Positions 17,998 to 28,221 of a stretch of DNA of 64,000 nucleotides are shown here, piece after piece. Below the pieces are notes generated by a model. It was not told where the DNA came from. It worked only from the letters and a program-made list of their open reading frames with translations, and ran no database searches. The stretch spans positions 320,001-384,000 of the forward strand of contig CAVSBL010000002.1 in assembly GCA_963726255.1 (NCBI GenBank), given 5' to 3'. Numbering within the stretch: the first letter of the stretch is position 1; each line of letters begins with the position of its first letter. This DNA is from Candidatus Bathyarchaeota archaeon (lineage in GTDB: Archaea > Thermoproteota > Bathyarchaeia > 40CM-2-53-6). Position numbers and translations under genes: made by a program.

Positions 17998-19385
17998 CAT
18001 CCTCCCACGACTAAAGGTCGGGGGCTTCCTGGTTCTTCGACCCCGCTTGCTCCGCCACCACGCATGGTCGGAGTAGAGGTTGGATCTCCTCAGGCGTAAG
18101 TTCGGCTGTGCCCCAGCCTACGCGATTGAATATGTTCAATGCGGCGTTCCAGTCCCGGTCAAGCATGAACCCACAGTTCGGACATTCGTGCACTCTCTTG
18201 GAAAGTGTCTTCGGGACGTGGAACCCACATCTTGAACAGTCCGCTGTGGTGTCGTATGGGTCTACAAACTTCACAACTGCACCGGCTTCTGCCGCCTTGT
18301 ACGATGTGAATGTTTGCAGTTGACCCCAACCAGCATCTGCTATTGACTTCGCAAGCTGATGGTTCTTGATCATGTTTTGGATGCGAAGCCTCTCGAAGAT
18401 TATCATGTCGAAACGGTTCACGAGCATTCGGCTTAGCTTGTGATTGAAATCCATTCTCTGCAGTCGGACCTTACGGTGAACCTTCGCAACCCTCATGGTC
18501 TGCCTCGTCCAGTTCCTAGAACGCTTCTCCTTCCTTGAGAGTCGTCTTTGTTCTCGTTTGAGTTTCCTCTCCATCTTTCGAAGAAACTTCGGCGGCTGCA
18601 CCTTCTCCCCGTTGCTTAGTGTCAGCAGTGAGTTCAACCCAAGATCGACTCCAACCTGGGTTTTTGGATGACGCGGCGGTGTTGCGGTCTCCTCCATTTC
18701 GACGGTGAAGCAGGCGTACCATTTCTCGAGTTCTCTACGGATCGTGCATGTTTTGATGGTCGCGTTGGGCGGTATGGGTCTGTGCTGGAAGATTCGGACC
18801 GTCCCGATCTTGGACAGTTGAAGTCTGCCATCTTTCAGGATGGCGCCGTTTCCGTACTGGGGGTAGGTGAAGGAGTCGTACCTGTTCCATCCTTTGAATC
18901 TGGGATAGCCTGCCTTTCGCCCATTCTTGTCTCTCTTGAGGAAGCGTTCGGAGGCGCGTTCCAGTCGCAGGGCAACGTCCTGCAGCACTTGAGAGTGTAC
19001 CTGAGGCAGGTATGGGTTATCATTCTTCCTCTTCGTGAGACCTCGCTTCTGCTCGTAGTATGATGCCGACCGACCATTCTTCCTGTAGGCGTCTCTGCGT
19101 TCACCGAGCAAGTTGTTGTACAGGATGCGGCATGTGTGAAGTGTTCGTTCAAGAATTCTCCTCTGCTCCGCGTTGGGGTAGATTCGGAACCTGTATGCCG
19201 TGCGCGTTCTCATTTGCCCCCTTGTGCTCGCTTGTATGTACCGGTAGCGTTCAATGAGGAATGAGATGTTTCCTGGTTATGTGTGTTGGTGGTGCTCTCA
19301 TGCTTCGCCTCTACAACGCGGATTTGGCGCTGCCGCGCACGGAATTCATCCCACCGCTGAAGCATGTGGGGATTACTTGCCTCAA
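17994..19385 (-). mobile_element. IS200/IS605-family element, tnpB only; left-end boundary approximate
   Basis: Right end GAAGCCCCCGACCTTTAGTCGTGGGAGGATGTCAC; left-end hairpin CCCACATGCTTCAGCGGTGGG at 19350-19370. Confidence 0.88.
18011..19213 (-). CDS. tnpB: RNA-guided endonuclease TnpB
   Basis: YRFRIYP, RuvC GVDLG / IFERL / DRDWNAALNI, zinc finger CSRC..CPNC. Confidence 0.95.
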   Translation of the reverse strand: MRTRTAYRFRIYPNAEQRRILERTLHTCRILYNNLLGERRDAYRKNGRSASYYEQKRGLTKRKNDNPYLPQVHSQVLQDVALRLERASERFLKRDKNGRKAGYPRFKGWNRYDSFTYPQYGNGAILKDGRLQLSKIGTVRIFQHRPIPPNATIKTCTIRRELEKWYACFTVEMEETATPPRHPKTQVGVDLGLNSLLTLSNGEKVQPPKFLRKMERKLKREQRRLSRKEKRSRNWTRQTMRVAKVHRKVRLQRMDFNHKLSRMLVNRFDMIIFERLRIQNMIKNHQLAKSIADAGWGQLQTFTSYKAAEAGAVVKFVDPYDTTADCSRCGFHVPKTLSKRVHECPNCGFMLDRDWNAALNIFNRVGWGTAELTPEEIQPLLRPCVVAEQAGSKNQEAPDL

Positions 19386-19477
19386 ATCCGTTCTATGGGT
19401 GGGGGTTTTTCTGCCAAAGCTTGGGGTTGGGGCAAGCTTATTTAGACTAATAGAGAAGGTTGCGAAGCAAATCAGTG

Positions 19478-19729
19478 ATGAACGTGGAGCCTTCTAGGAA
19501 ACCTCTCAACTTACTCGTGAAGAAACTTAACGGAGAAATCACGATTCGGCTAAAGAACGACGTAGAATACCACGGCAAGATGATAGACGCTGACAGCCAC
19601 ATGAACATCATTCTCGAAGGAGCAACTGAGTACCGTGGTAACTCTCCGACAGCCAATTATGGGAACGTAATCGTGCGCGGAAGCAACATTCTCTACATTA
19701 GCGTAGAACCAGGCAAGAAACAGCCTTAA
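19478..19729 (+). CDS. Sm-like (LSm) RNA-binding protein
   Basis: Sm1 DSHMNIIL, Sm2 VRGSNILYI. Confidence 0.92.
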   Translation: MNVEPSRKPLNLLVKKLNGEITIRLKNDVEYHGKMIDADSHMNIILEGATEYRGNSPTANYGNVIVRGSNILYISVEPGKKQP

Positions 19730-19762
19730 GGCCGCACGGTTTTAGCGGGGGTTAACCGAGCG

Positions 19763-21361
19763 TTGGGTGTTCCCTTTGACTCACCGCTCGAAGCCTCACT
19801 TCTATCTGAGTTGGCTTCGCGTGTTGTTGAAAGCGGGGCAACTGACCCCGACAGCCTCAACAGGATAAAGTTGGAATTTTGCAGAAAGCACGAACTCAGC
19901 TGGATGCCACGCAACTCTGACATTCTCGGCGCCCTGCCGGAACACGTGAAGGAAAAACTTCGGCCCAACCTGCGTTTGAAAAAAGTGCGCAGCATTTCAG
20001 GCGTGAACGTCATAGGTGTCATGAGTTCACCGCGCGGCTGCCCACACGGCCGCTGCGTATTCTGTCCCATGGAGAAAGGGTTCCCAATGAGTTACACGTC
20101 AGGCGAACCCGCAGCCATGAGGGGTTTTCAGTCTGGATACGACCCGTTCCTCCAGATCAGCAGTCGGCTTGAGCAGCTCAAAGCCATCGGGCACGTGCCT
20201 TCGAAGGTCGAGCTGGTAATTCAAGGCGGAACATTCCTAGCCGCACCCGTCGACTACCAGGAGCACTTCGTAAGTAGATGCTTAGACGCAATCAACGGCG
20301 TAAACTCATCAACTCTAGAGGAAGCAAAGACCCGGGCTGAATTCAGCGAAATTCGCAACGTGGGCTTAACCATCGAGACCAAACCTGACTGGTGTAAGCA
20401 GCCGCATGTTGACCAGATGCTCAGGTTTGGAGCAACGCGCGTCGAAATCGGCGTCCAAGTAATCGATGATTACATCTACACTCTAACTAATCGGGGCCAC
20501 ACGGTGCAAGACGATGTCGAAGCCTTTCAAATAGCCAAAGATGCAGGCTTCAAAATCGTCGCACACATGATGCCAGGTCTGCCGGGCTCCGACTTTCAGA
20601 AGGACCTTCAATCATTTAGAACGCTTTTCGAAGACCCGCGGTTTTGCCCGGACATGTTGAAGATCTATCCTTGCCTCGTCATGGAAGGCACGGAACTGTA
20701 TGACTGGTGGCAGCGCGGCCTCTACCAACCATACGACTCAGAACAAGCCGCTGACCTGATCGCCAGCGTGAAGGAATTTGTTCCACGATGGGTCCGAATT
20801 ATGCGTGTCCATCGGGAGTTCCCTGTTCAACTCATTAAATCCGGTGTAAAGAAAGGCAACCTTCGCGAACTCGCCATAGCACGATTGAGAGAGAGGGGAA
20901 AAAGGTGCAGGTGCATTCGGTGCCGTGAGGTAGGCCACAGAATGCTAAAGGAGAACGTGACCGTTCAATCCGACCGAATTCGTCTCATCACACAGGAATA
21001 CGAAGCGTCTGGGGGAAAGGAGTTCTTCATCTCGATTGAAGAACCTGAAGCGGATGTCCTGATAGGATATTTGCGCCTGAGACTGCCTTCTGAAAAAGCC
21101 CATAGGCCTGAGGTCGATGCAACGACCGCAATGGTCCGAGAGCTTCACGTTTACGGGACCGAGGTTCCTGTCGGCCTAAGGTACGGGGGTGCGTGGCAGC
21201 ACACCGGTCTAGGTCGAAAGCTACTAGCGGAAGCAGAGAAAGCGGCGGAGGAACACGGTGCGAACATGATACTGGTCCTAAGTGCCCTCGGGACGAAGGG
21301 GTACTACAAGCGGGCTGGTTACGATGTCGTCGGGCCCTACGTGGGAAAGACGCTGAGCTGA
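19763..21361 (+). CDS. elp3: tRNA wobble-uridine carboxymethyltransferase Elp3 (radical SAM + KAT)
   Basis: CPHGRCVFCP, ETKPD, RELHVYG, QHTGLG. Confidence 0.95.
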   Translation: MGVPFDSPLEASLLSELASRVVESGATDPDSLNRIKLEFCRKHELSWMPRNSDILGALPEHVKEKLRPNLRLKKVRSISGVNVIGVMSSPRGCPHGRCVFCPMEKGFPMSYTSGEPAAMRGFQSGYDPFLQISSRLEQLKAIGHVPSKVELVIQGGTFLAAPVDYQEHFVSRCLDAINGVNSSTLEEAKTRAEFSEIRNVGLTIETKPDWCKQPHVDQMLRFGATRVEIGVQVIDDYIYTLTNRGHTVQDDVEAFQIAKDAGFKIVAHMMPGLPGSDFQKDLQSFRTLFEDPRFCPDMLKIYPCLVMEGTELYDWWQRGLYQPYDSEQAADLIASVKEFVPRWVRIMRVHREFPVQLIKSGVKKGNLRELAIARLRERGKRCRCIRCREVGHRMLKENVTVQSDRIRLITQEYEASGGKEFFISIEEPEADVLIGYLRLRLPSEKAHRPEVDATTAMVRELHVYGTEVPVGLRYGGAWQHTGLGRKLLAEAEKAAEEHGANMILVLSALGTKGYYKRAGYDVVGPYVGKTLS

Positions 21362-21418
21362 CACAGAGAGCGGGCATAGCTAACGTCTTAAGGGTCTCAG
21401 CTTTCCATCTCCAAAGCC

Positions 21419-22788
21419 TTGGCGGAGATTGGTTTGTCCCAGGAAGAATTGTACGGTTACTCAGGTATCTCACGCGACATCTTAAGGAAAGCAGGCGCTC
21501 AGGTCGGGGATAAGCTCCGACTTGAACTGAAACGGGGTGCAGGCCAAGAGATTGTGGAGGGGCTCCTCATGCCGCGTTACCACTCCGGCCGGGATGAGAA
21601 TTACATTGTCGTAAAATTGAGGACTGGATATAATGTGGGCGTTCGGGTTGACACCTCGACGAAGGTTAGCGTTCTAGGGAAAGGAGAGGCGCCCCATTTC
21701 ACCCGCCCTCCCCTTCCAAAACAGAAGTCAGGGCTGCCGAAGGTATCCATAATCAGCACGGGGGGCACCATAGCCAGTAAAGTCGATTATAGAACTGGGG
21801 CGGTGAAGCCCGCCCTCGATTCGGAAGACTTGTACAGCGTAGTCCCAGAGCTAGCTGAGCTTGCTGACATTAATGCAAAAGTACTGACGAGCGTCTTCAG
21901 CGAAAACATAGGGCCACAACAATGGCCTAAGATTGCGGAGTCGGTGGCAGAGCAAATTCTGCGGGGGCGGACGGCGTCGTAGTGGCCCATGGAACTGACA
22001 CACTTGGTTACACAGCGGCTGCCCTCAGTTTCGCTTTGCAGGGCATACCGGTGCCCGTGGTACTCGTTGGCTCACAGCGTTCGTCCGATCGGCCTAGCTC
22101 CGACGCCGCAACCAACCTGATTGCGGCGACGGCAGTAGCCGGCCAAGCTCCTTTCGCTGAAGTTGTTGTCGCTATGCATGATTGGGTTTCGGATGAGAGA
22201 GTCGCCGTCCACAGGGGAACCAAGGTACGAAAGTGCCACACGAGTAGAAGAGATGCCTTCAGGAGCGTAAACGCCCGCCCCATCGCCCAGTACGACCTTG
22301 TCAACCGGGCGCTCCAACTCAACGGAGAAAAATACGCTGAACGGCACAAGCGTTCAGATTGGGAGGTTCGATCCAAGTTCGACCCAAACGTCGCCCTGAT
22401 CAAATTCCACCCGGGGCTCTCAGTGGGGATGATCGATTGGGCGACCGCCACGGGGTACAAGGGCATCGTCCTCGAAGGAACTGGTCTGGGACACATTGGC
22501 GAGGCTTTGTTCCCCGCAATTGAAAGGGCGGTGAAGAATGGGACTGTGGTAGCCATGTGCTCCCAGTGCATATGGGGTAGAGTTCACATGAACGTCTATT
22601 CAACCGGACGGGACCTGCTGAAACTTGGGGTGTTACCACTCGGCGACATGCTCTCAGAGACCGCGCTGGTGAAGATGATGTGGGCGTTCGGGCAAGAAAC
22701 GGATTCAGAGAAAGTCAAGAAGTTAATGCTCACAAATATTGCGAATGAAATTTCGGACAGACGAATACCTGAGGCCTCCGTAGAATGA
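21419..22788 (+). CDS. gatD: Glu-tRNA(Gln) amidotransferase subunit D, split by a frameshift near 21963-21967
   Basis: TGGTIAS in the first frame; GADGVVVAHGTDT and QRSSDRPSSD in the second frame. Confidence 0.92.
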
Positions 22789-24692
22789 GCAAGGAATCAA
22801 AGGCCCAACCTAGAATCAAGGTTGGGTTGGAGATACACAGGCAGTTGGACACGGAGCATAAACTGTTCTGCGCTTGTCCGACCGACCTCGCTGAATCAGA
22901 ACCTGAAGAGAAGTTCATGCGAAGGCTTCGGCCGACGCAAAGTGAGCTCGGCCAGATTGATCAAGCTGCCCTATTCGAATTCCACCGTGGCAGGAGCGTG
23001 CTCTACGAGGAGGATCATGAAACATCATGCCTAGTCGAAATGGATGAAGAACCGCCTAGCAAACTCAACAGCGAAGCGGTTGAAGTATGTTTGACCGCCT
23101 CTCTATTGATGGATGCCAAACCTGTGGATGAAATCCACGTGATGCGTAAGGTCGTGATTGATGGTTCCAACACTACAGGGTTTCAGCGCACTTGCGTAGT
23201 TGCCCTGGATGGAGCCTTGACGGTGGACGGAAAGGAAATTCCCATTCAACAGATCTCACTAGAGGAGGATGCCGCTCGGAAAACCACTCAATCAAAGGAA
23301 ACCGTTGGGTATAGGATAGACCGGCTTGGGGTTCCATTAATTGAGGTAACAACAGGGCCCGCGATGGACTCTGCAGGTGAAGTCGAGAAGGTTGCCTACG
23401 CTATAGGCACCATGTTGCGGGCGACGAGAAAGGTGAAGAGAGGTTTGGGAAGTATTCGGCAGGACCTGAACATTTCAACCCCTGGCGGAGCCCTAATGGA
23501 AATCAAAGGAGTCCAGGAACTCGACCTCCTTAGCAAGGTTGTTGAAACAGAAGTCAACCGCCAGCAAACGCTGCTCGAAATACGAGATGAACTCGGTCGA
23601 AGGGACGCGAATCCTAGTCTACTCGAAAGAAAGTATAGCGATCTTACCGAGGCTTTCGGTGGCTCAAAAGTTCGAATAATAAAGGAAGCTATCTCGAAGG
23701 GCGGCGTCGTGTTGGCCGTTAAGCTTCCCAAATTCAAAGGGCTCTTAGGGAAGGAGCTTGCACCGGGATTGCGCCTCGGGACGGAACTGTCCAACCGCGC
23801 ATCATTCTGGGCAGGTGTCGGCGGCATATTTCACTCCGACGAGCTTCCGGCTTACGGCGTCACAGAAGACGAGGTCCACCATGTGAGGGAGCGATTGAAT
23901 GCGTCGGGCAACGATGCCTTTGTCTTGGTCGCTGACGAGAAGGCAACAGCAAACGATGCTTTAGATGCCGTCGTCGACCGCGCAATCGAGGCAATCTCCG
24001 GCGTCCCTGAAGAGACGCACACCGCGATGCCCGACGGGACCACGAGGTACATGCGGCCGAGGCCAGGCGCAGCACGAATGTATCCCGAAACCGATGTCCC
24101 ACAAACACCAGTCACACCAGAATTAGTCACGAGATTGAAGGCTAACCTGCCCGAAACCCCTGAAGGCCTAACAAAACGACTGGTTGACCAATACTCGCTA
24201 AACCAAAAGCTGGCAAAACAACTAGTCGACTCGGATCATCTTACCCTCTTCCAACAAATTGCTGCAACTAGCAAAGTGCCACCCACGTTCATCGCCACCG
24301 TGCTCACTGAAAGCTGCAAAAGCCTTGAACGTGAAGGCATACCCGTTCACTCCATCCCAGATGGCAAAATCCAACGCATGTTTGGACTAGTGGACGAGGG
24401 GGTTGTCGCTAAAGAAGCGGTCCTAGACCTGTTGAAGTGGCAAGCGGCGAACCTTGCCTCAGACCCGTCCGATGGCGTCAGGAAGCTCGGGTTGAAAATG
24501 TTGACTGAGCACGAGCTTGAGGAGATCATCGACCGCCATATCGAGAAGAACAGAAAACTCGTCGACGAGAAAGGAGAAGCAGCTTTCTCCTCACTGATGG
24601 GCTCGGTGATGTCCGAAGTTAGGGGATCCATTGAACCTAAGGTCGTTTCAGAGAGGTTGAAGAAGCGACTATCCAAAGCGGGTCGAAAGTAG
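22785..24692 (+). CDS. gatE: Glu-tRNA(Gln) amidotransferase subunit E
   Basis: GLEIHRQL, DGSNTTGFQRT, DRLGVPLIE, RMYPETD. Confidence 0.96.
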   Translation: MSKESKAQPRIKVGLEIHRQLDTEHKLFCACPTDLAESEPEEKFMRRLRPTQSELGQIDQAALFEFHRGRSVLYEEDHETSCLVEMDEEPPSKLNSEAVEVCLTASLLMDAKPVDEIHVMRKVVIDGSNTTGFQRTCVVALDGALTVDGKEIPIQQISLEEDAARKTTQSKETVGYRIDRLGVPLIEVTTGPAMDSAGEVEKVAYAIGTMLRATRKVKRGLGSIRQDLNISTPGGALMEIKGVQELDLLSKVVETEVNRQQTLLEIRDELGRRDANPSLLERKYSDLTEAFGGSKVRIIKEAISKGGVVLAVKLPKFKGLLGKELAPGLRLGTELSNRASFWAGVGGIFHSDELPAYGVTEDEVHHVRERLNASGNDAFVLVADEKATANDALDAVVDRAIEAISGVPEETHTAMPDGTTRYMRPRPGAARMYPETDVPQTPVTPELVTRLKANLPETPEGLTKRLVDQYSLNQKLAKQLVDSDHLTLFQQIAATSKVPPTFIATVLTESCKSLEREGIPVHSIPDGKIQRMFGLVDEGVVAKEAVLDLLKWQAANLASDPSDGVRKLGLKMLTEHELEEIIDRHIEKNRKLVDEKGEAAFSSLMGSVMSEVRGSIEPKVVSERLKKRLSKAGRK

Positions 24693-24699
24693 GAGTCGA

Positions 24700-25644
24700 T
24701 TATTCTAGAAATTGTATGTCATCGATCAGCCCGTCACTGTTCACATCTAAGCCGCTCACAACGCGTGCAACCACATTCGGATTCATCGAATTTCCTTTGG
24801 CGATTTCGTCAGTGTATTTGATGAACGCGAGCACTGCCGCCCTAGTCCCTTGGTAGGTGTTACCCGCGATTACTATGATGCGGCATTCCCGATTCATTGG
24901 GTTGACGATAGATTGAATTGCGCCTTCTTCTTCTCCCGCGTAGCTTCTGCCTGAGATTCGCGAAACCATGAGGTTGTGGCCCGTCAGTTCGTACGTTACT
25001 GGCAAAGACTCATTCACGGACATTGTGACCGTGTTCACTTTTGGCCCCCCGACGAGGATGAGGTTTTGAAGCATCTCCTGTTGCGCTATCTCCGTGTCCA
25101 AACGCACATTATTTTCTCTCGTGAGCGGTAGCAATGAACCTAGAAATAGGGCGAGGTCAGTGGCTCTATCGCCGCACCGGGCGCGGCTTCGGAAAGCTCC
25201 ATGAGTATCCGGACTCCCAAGGACGATGTGGGCGTTGAGGTGGCCGAGGGAAATGAATGGGTCAAGGAGTTTGGAAGACGCTTCGCCGAGAGTTTGCTCG
25301 GGGAGACTTTCCCCGACCTTTCCTGCGGTTCCGAGTTTGGGGATGATGGTTATTGCCTTCTGCTCCGCTCTGTAGTACTTTGCCATCGCTCCCCTTTTCT
25401 TGACGGTTCTCTGCAGGCGCACGAACCCAGTTCGCTCAAGCTCCCTGAGGTGATAACAGACGACCTGTTCGCTCGTGTGGAATATCTCTGCAAGGTCCTT
25501 TGCACATTTCTCGCTGGCCGTCAGTTCACTTAGTATCCTCCAACGTGTCGGCTGGAGGACTGATTGGGCTAATCGTGGGTCGGAGAAGACACGCGTGGGT
25601 ACGAGCTGGTCGGAATGTCTTTCCTTTAGGATCAGGTATGACAT
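24700..25644 (-). CDS. ArsR-type HTH regulator with C-terminal S-layer-like domain
   Basis: PTRWRIL..YHLRELE; NLILVGGPKVN. Confidence 0.75.
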   Translation of the reverse strand: MSYLILKERHSDQLVPTRVFSDPRLAQSVLQPTRWRILSELTASEKCAKDLAEIFHTSEQVVCYHLRELERTGFVRLQRTVKKRGAMAKYYRAEQKAITIIPKLGTAGKVGESLPEQTLGEASSKLLDPFISLGHLNAHIVLGSPDTHGAFRSRARCGDRATDLALFLGSLLPLTRENNVRLDTEIAQQEMLQNLILVGGPKVNTVTMSVNESLPVTYELTGHNLMVSRISGRSYAGEEEGAIQSIVNPMNRECRIIVIAGNTYQGTRAAVLAFIKYTDEIAKGNSMNPNVVARVVSGLDVNSDGLIDDIQFLE

Positions 25645-25836
25645 GGCTGCGTGTCCTCTTGATTCAACGATTAATAAAGTCACGTTTTGACTATTAAGTC
25701 AATTTTTGCCCATTCGCAACATCTTTTCAGCGTGGGACCGGTCAATCATCGTCAATTCATCAAATGCCATGCACAGGAATGCTTATCACGCAAATTTAGA
25801 CACCTCGGCGGAATCTCCTGCAAGTTGGTCACGTGA

Positions 25837-27660
25837 ATGTGTGGAATCTCAGCTGTGGTTTTGAAAAACGGCAACGTCGGGCCAATTCTTTACGATTCAT
25901 TGAAACGGCTTGAGTACCGAGGGTACGATTCCGTTGGTGAAGCCGCCATTAACGGCGGAACAATCGTTGTTAAGAAAGATAAGGGAAAGATCGACGAGGT
26001 GGAACAAACACTCCACATTAGTGATCTAACCGGCCTCGTAGGGATAGGGCACACACGCTGGGCAACCCACGGAGCCCCCTCCAAAGAGAATGCCCACCCT
26101 CACACCGACTGCAAGGGTCAGGTTGCGGTCGTACATAATGGCATCATTGAGAACTTCATGACGCTGAGGCAAGAACTGGAAGCAGTCGGCCACGAGTTCA
26201 AATCTAGAACCGACACGGAAGTTGTTGCGCACCTCGTTGAAGAGAACCTGAAATCGGGAATGGGATTCGTCGAAGCGGTGAGGTCGGCAGCAAATCGATT
26301 AACGGGCGCGTACGCTCTGGCGTTCATATGCTCTCTTGAACCTGACAAAGTTGTAGCCGTCAGAAGAGAGAGTCCTCTGGTCATCGGTACTGGAGCGGAT
26401 GGAAACTACTGTGCCTCGGATGTTCCCGCCTTCCTTTCAAGAACTAAACTTGCAATCCATCTCGAGGAGAATGAGATGGCTGTCCTGACAGCAGACCATG
26501 TGACCCTGTACAAGGTTGACACTGGGGAGGAAATATCCCGAGAGCCCTTCAAAGTGGATTGGAGTGTTGAAACCGCCCTCAAGACTGGCTACCCACATTT
26601 CATGCTCAAGGAAATCCATGAACAGCCACTCAGCGTGCGTAACGCCCTCAGAACCCACCCTATTTACCTCGAACTGATGGCTTCTGCGATCAATCGCGCG
26701 AAGAAAGTCTTCTTACTGGCCTGCGGGACCTCCTACCATGCATGCTTGGCCGCGGCCTACGCTTTTTCTAATCTTGCCAAAGTTGAGGTTACACCGGTCG
26801 TTGCTTCGGAATTCATAGACGGCTTCGGCGCCCTTGTTGACTCGGATACTGTTGTTCTAGCGGTAAGTCAATCCGGCGAAACAACAGACACACTCAGCGC
26901 TGTCAGAGGCGCAAAGGACAGGGGCGCAACGGTGCTCGGAATCAGTAACGTAATGGGCTCTACGCTGACTAGGCTTTCAGACGTTTACATAGGGCAAAAT
27001 TCAGGGCCCGAAATGGGCGTAGCAGCGACAAAAACCTTCACGGCACAGGTCTCAATTCTAGCAAAACTTGCCCTGGCCCTGGCCAAGAAACGGGAAGTGA
27101 TTCCGAAGAGCCAATCTGAGCTATTGGAAAATGGCTTCAACCAACTGCCGGACTGGATTTCCACGTTCCTTTCCACTCAAGAGCGTCACGTCAAGCGCAT
27201 TGCTGAGAAATATTTGGACAGGAGGAGCTTTTGTTTTCTTGGCAGGGGGATGAGTGTTGCAACAGCACTTGAGGGACGCCTGAAACTTCTCGAACTCTCA
27301 TACCTTCCCGCAATCGCGTATCCTGCAGGGGAATCAAAGCATGGCTTCATCTCAGTCGTGGAAGAGGGCTATCCGGTCATCTTCGTCGCCCCGAAAGATG
27401 AAGTCTATTCGAAGATTATCGGCAATGTTATGGAGATGAAGGCGCGCGGAGCGAAGGTTATCGGAGTGATCGAAGAAGAGGACGGGGAAATATCCACTCT
27501 CTCCGACGAAAAGATAACCCTTCCACCAGGAATTCCGTCGCCCCTCACGCCAATCGTATACATTTTGCCACTTCAGCTGTTTGCGTACTATGTGGCTGTG
27601 GGAAAAGGTTACGATCCGGACTTTCCGAGAAATCTTGCGAAATCGGTTACGGTGCACTGA
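25837..27660 (+). CDS. glmS: Glutamine--fructose-6-phosphate transaminase (isomerizing)
   Basis: MCGI, HTRWATHG, SQSGET, PRNLAKSVT. Confidence 0.97.
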   Translation: MCGISAVVLKNGNVGPILYDSLKRLEYRGYDSVGEAAINGGTIVVKKDKGKIDEVEQTLHISDLTGLVGIGHTRWATHGAPSKENAHPHTDCKGQVAVVHNGIIENFMTLRQELEAVGHEFKSRTDTEVVAHLVEENLKSGMGFVEAVRSAANRLTGAYALAFICSLEPDKVVAVRRESPLVIGTGADGNYCASDVPAFLSRTKLAIHLEENEMAVLTADHVTLYKVDTGEEISREPFKVDWSVETALKTGYPHFMLKEIHEQPLSVRNALRTHPIYLELMASAINRAKKVFLLACGTSYHACLAAAYAFSNLAKVEVTPVVASEFIDGFGALVDSDTVVLAVSQSGETTDTLSAVRGAKDRGATVLGISNVMGSTLTRLSDVYIGQNSGPEMGVAATKTFTAQVSILAKLALALAKKREVIPKSQSELLENGFNQLPDWISTFLSTQERHVKRIAEKYLDRRSFCFLGRGMSVATALEGRLKLLELSYLPAIAYPAGESKHGFISVVEEGYPVIFVAPKDEVYSKIIGNVMEMKARGAKVIGVIEEEDGEISTLSDEKITLPPGIPSPLTPIVYILPLQLFAYYVAVGKGYDPDFPRNLAKSVTVH

Positions 27661-27675
27661 TTCCCTGAAACCAAC

Positions 27676-28095
27676 GTGGTTCGCAGTCCAACTCGAGACC
27701 GGAGACCTCCGTTCTTCTTGCCAGAACGCGACAACCCTGTAAGTGTGACTCTTGCGGAGGCCCTATCAATCGTCAAGCGAGCCATCCAAGCGGCGGCAGC
27801 TGAAGACCCTGCGACCTATACGTTTCTCCTCTGGAAGTCCGCGGCGGAAGCAGAGTACGCCGCGTTCCAACTCTCAATGACACAGGGTTTGAGCGACTTC
27901 AACCCTAGCAGCAACCATGACGAAACCGATGCTGAACCAACCGCGGAGGCAGCTCATGAGCTTCTTTCGTACGCCCAATCGTGCCTTAAGTCCAAACCCC
28001 GCGACGCTTATTTCACCATTAGAAACGCTGTGACGATTCTTCGGAAGATGTCTGTGGCAGCCGAAAATCTATCAAAGGGCGCGTCCAGAAAGTAG
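27676..28095 (+). CDS. Hypothetical protein
   Basis: ORF directly after glmS on the same strand. Confidence 0.55.
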   Translation: MVRSPTRDRRPPFFLPERDNPVSVTLAEALSIVKRAIQAAAAEDPATYTFLLWKSAAEAEYAAFQLSMTQGLSDFNPSSNHDETDAEPTAEAAHELLSYAQSCLKSKPRDAYFTIRNAVTILRKMSVAAENLSKGASRK

Positions 28096-28221
28096 AGATT
28101 AACAAACTGAGTTGTGTCGGCCTCTCAGTCTCGCAGGAATTCTCTGCGTTATGGATACTCTGAGGCTTAGTTTTGAGTACTCGTAAATTAGTAGAAACTC
28201 TATTATAAGTAGGTTCGAAGT

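Noticed and set aside
19254-19497. Short ORFs over the IS left end
   Set aside because: They overlap the terminal hairpin and show no protein features
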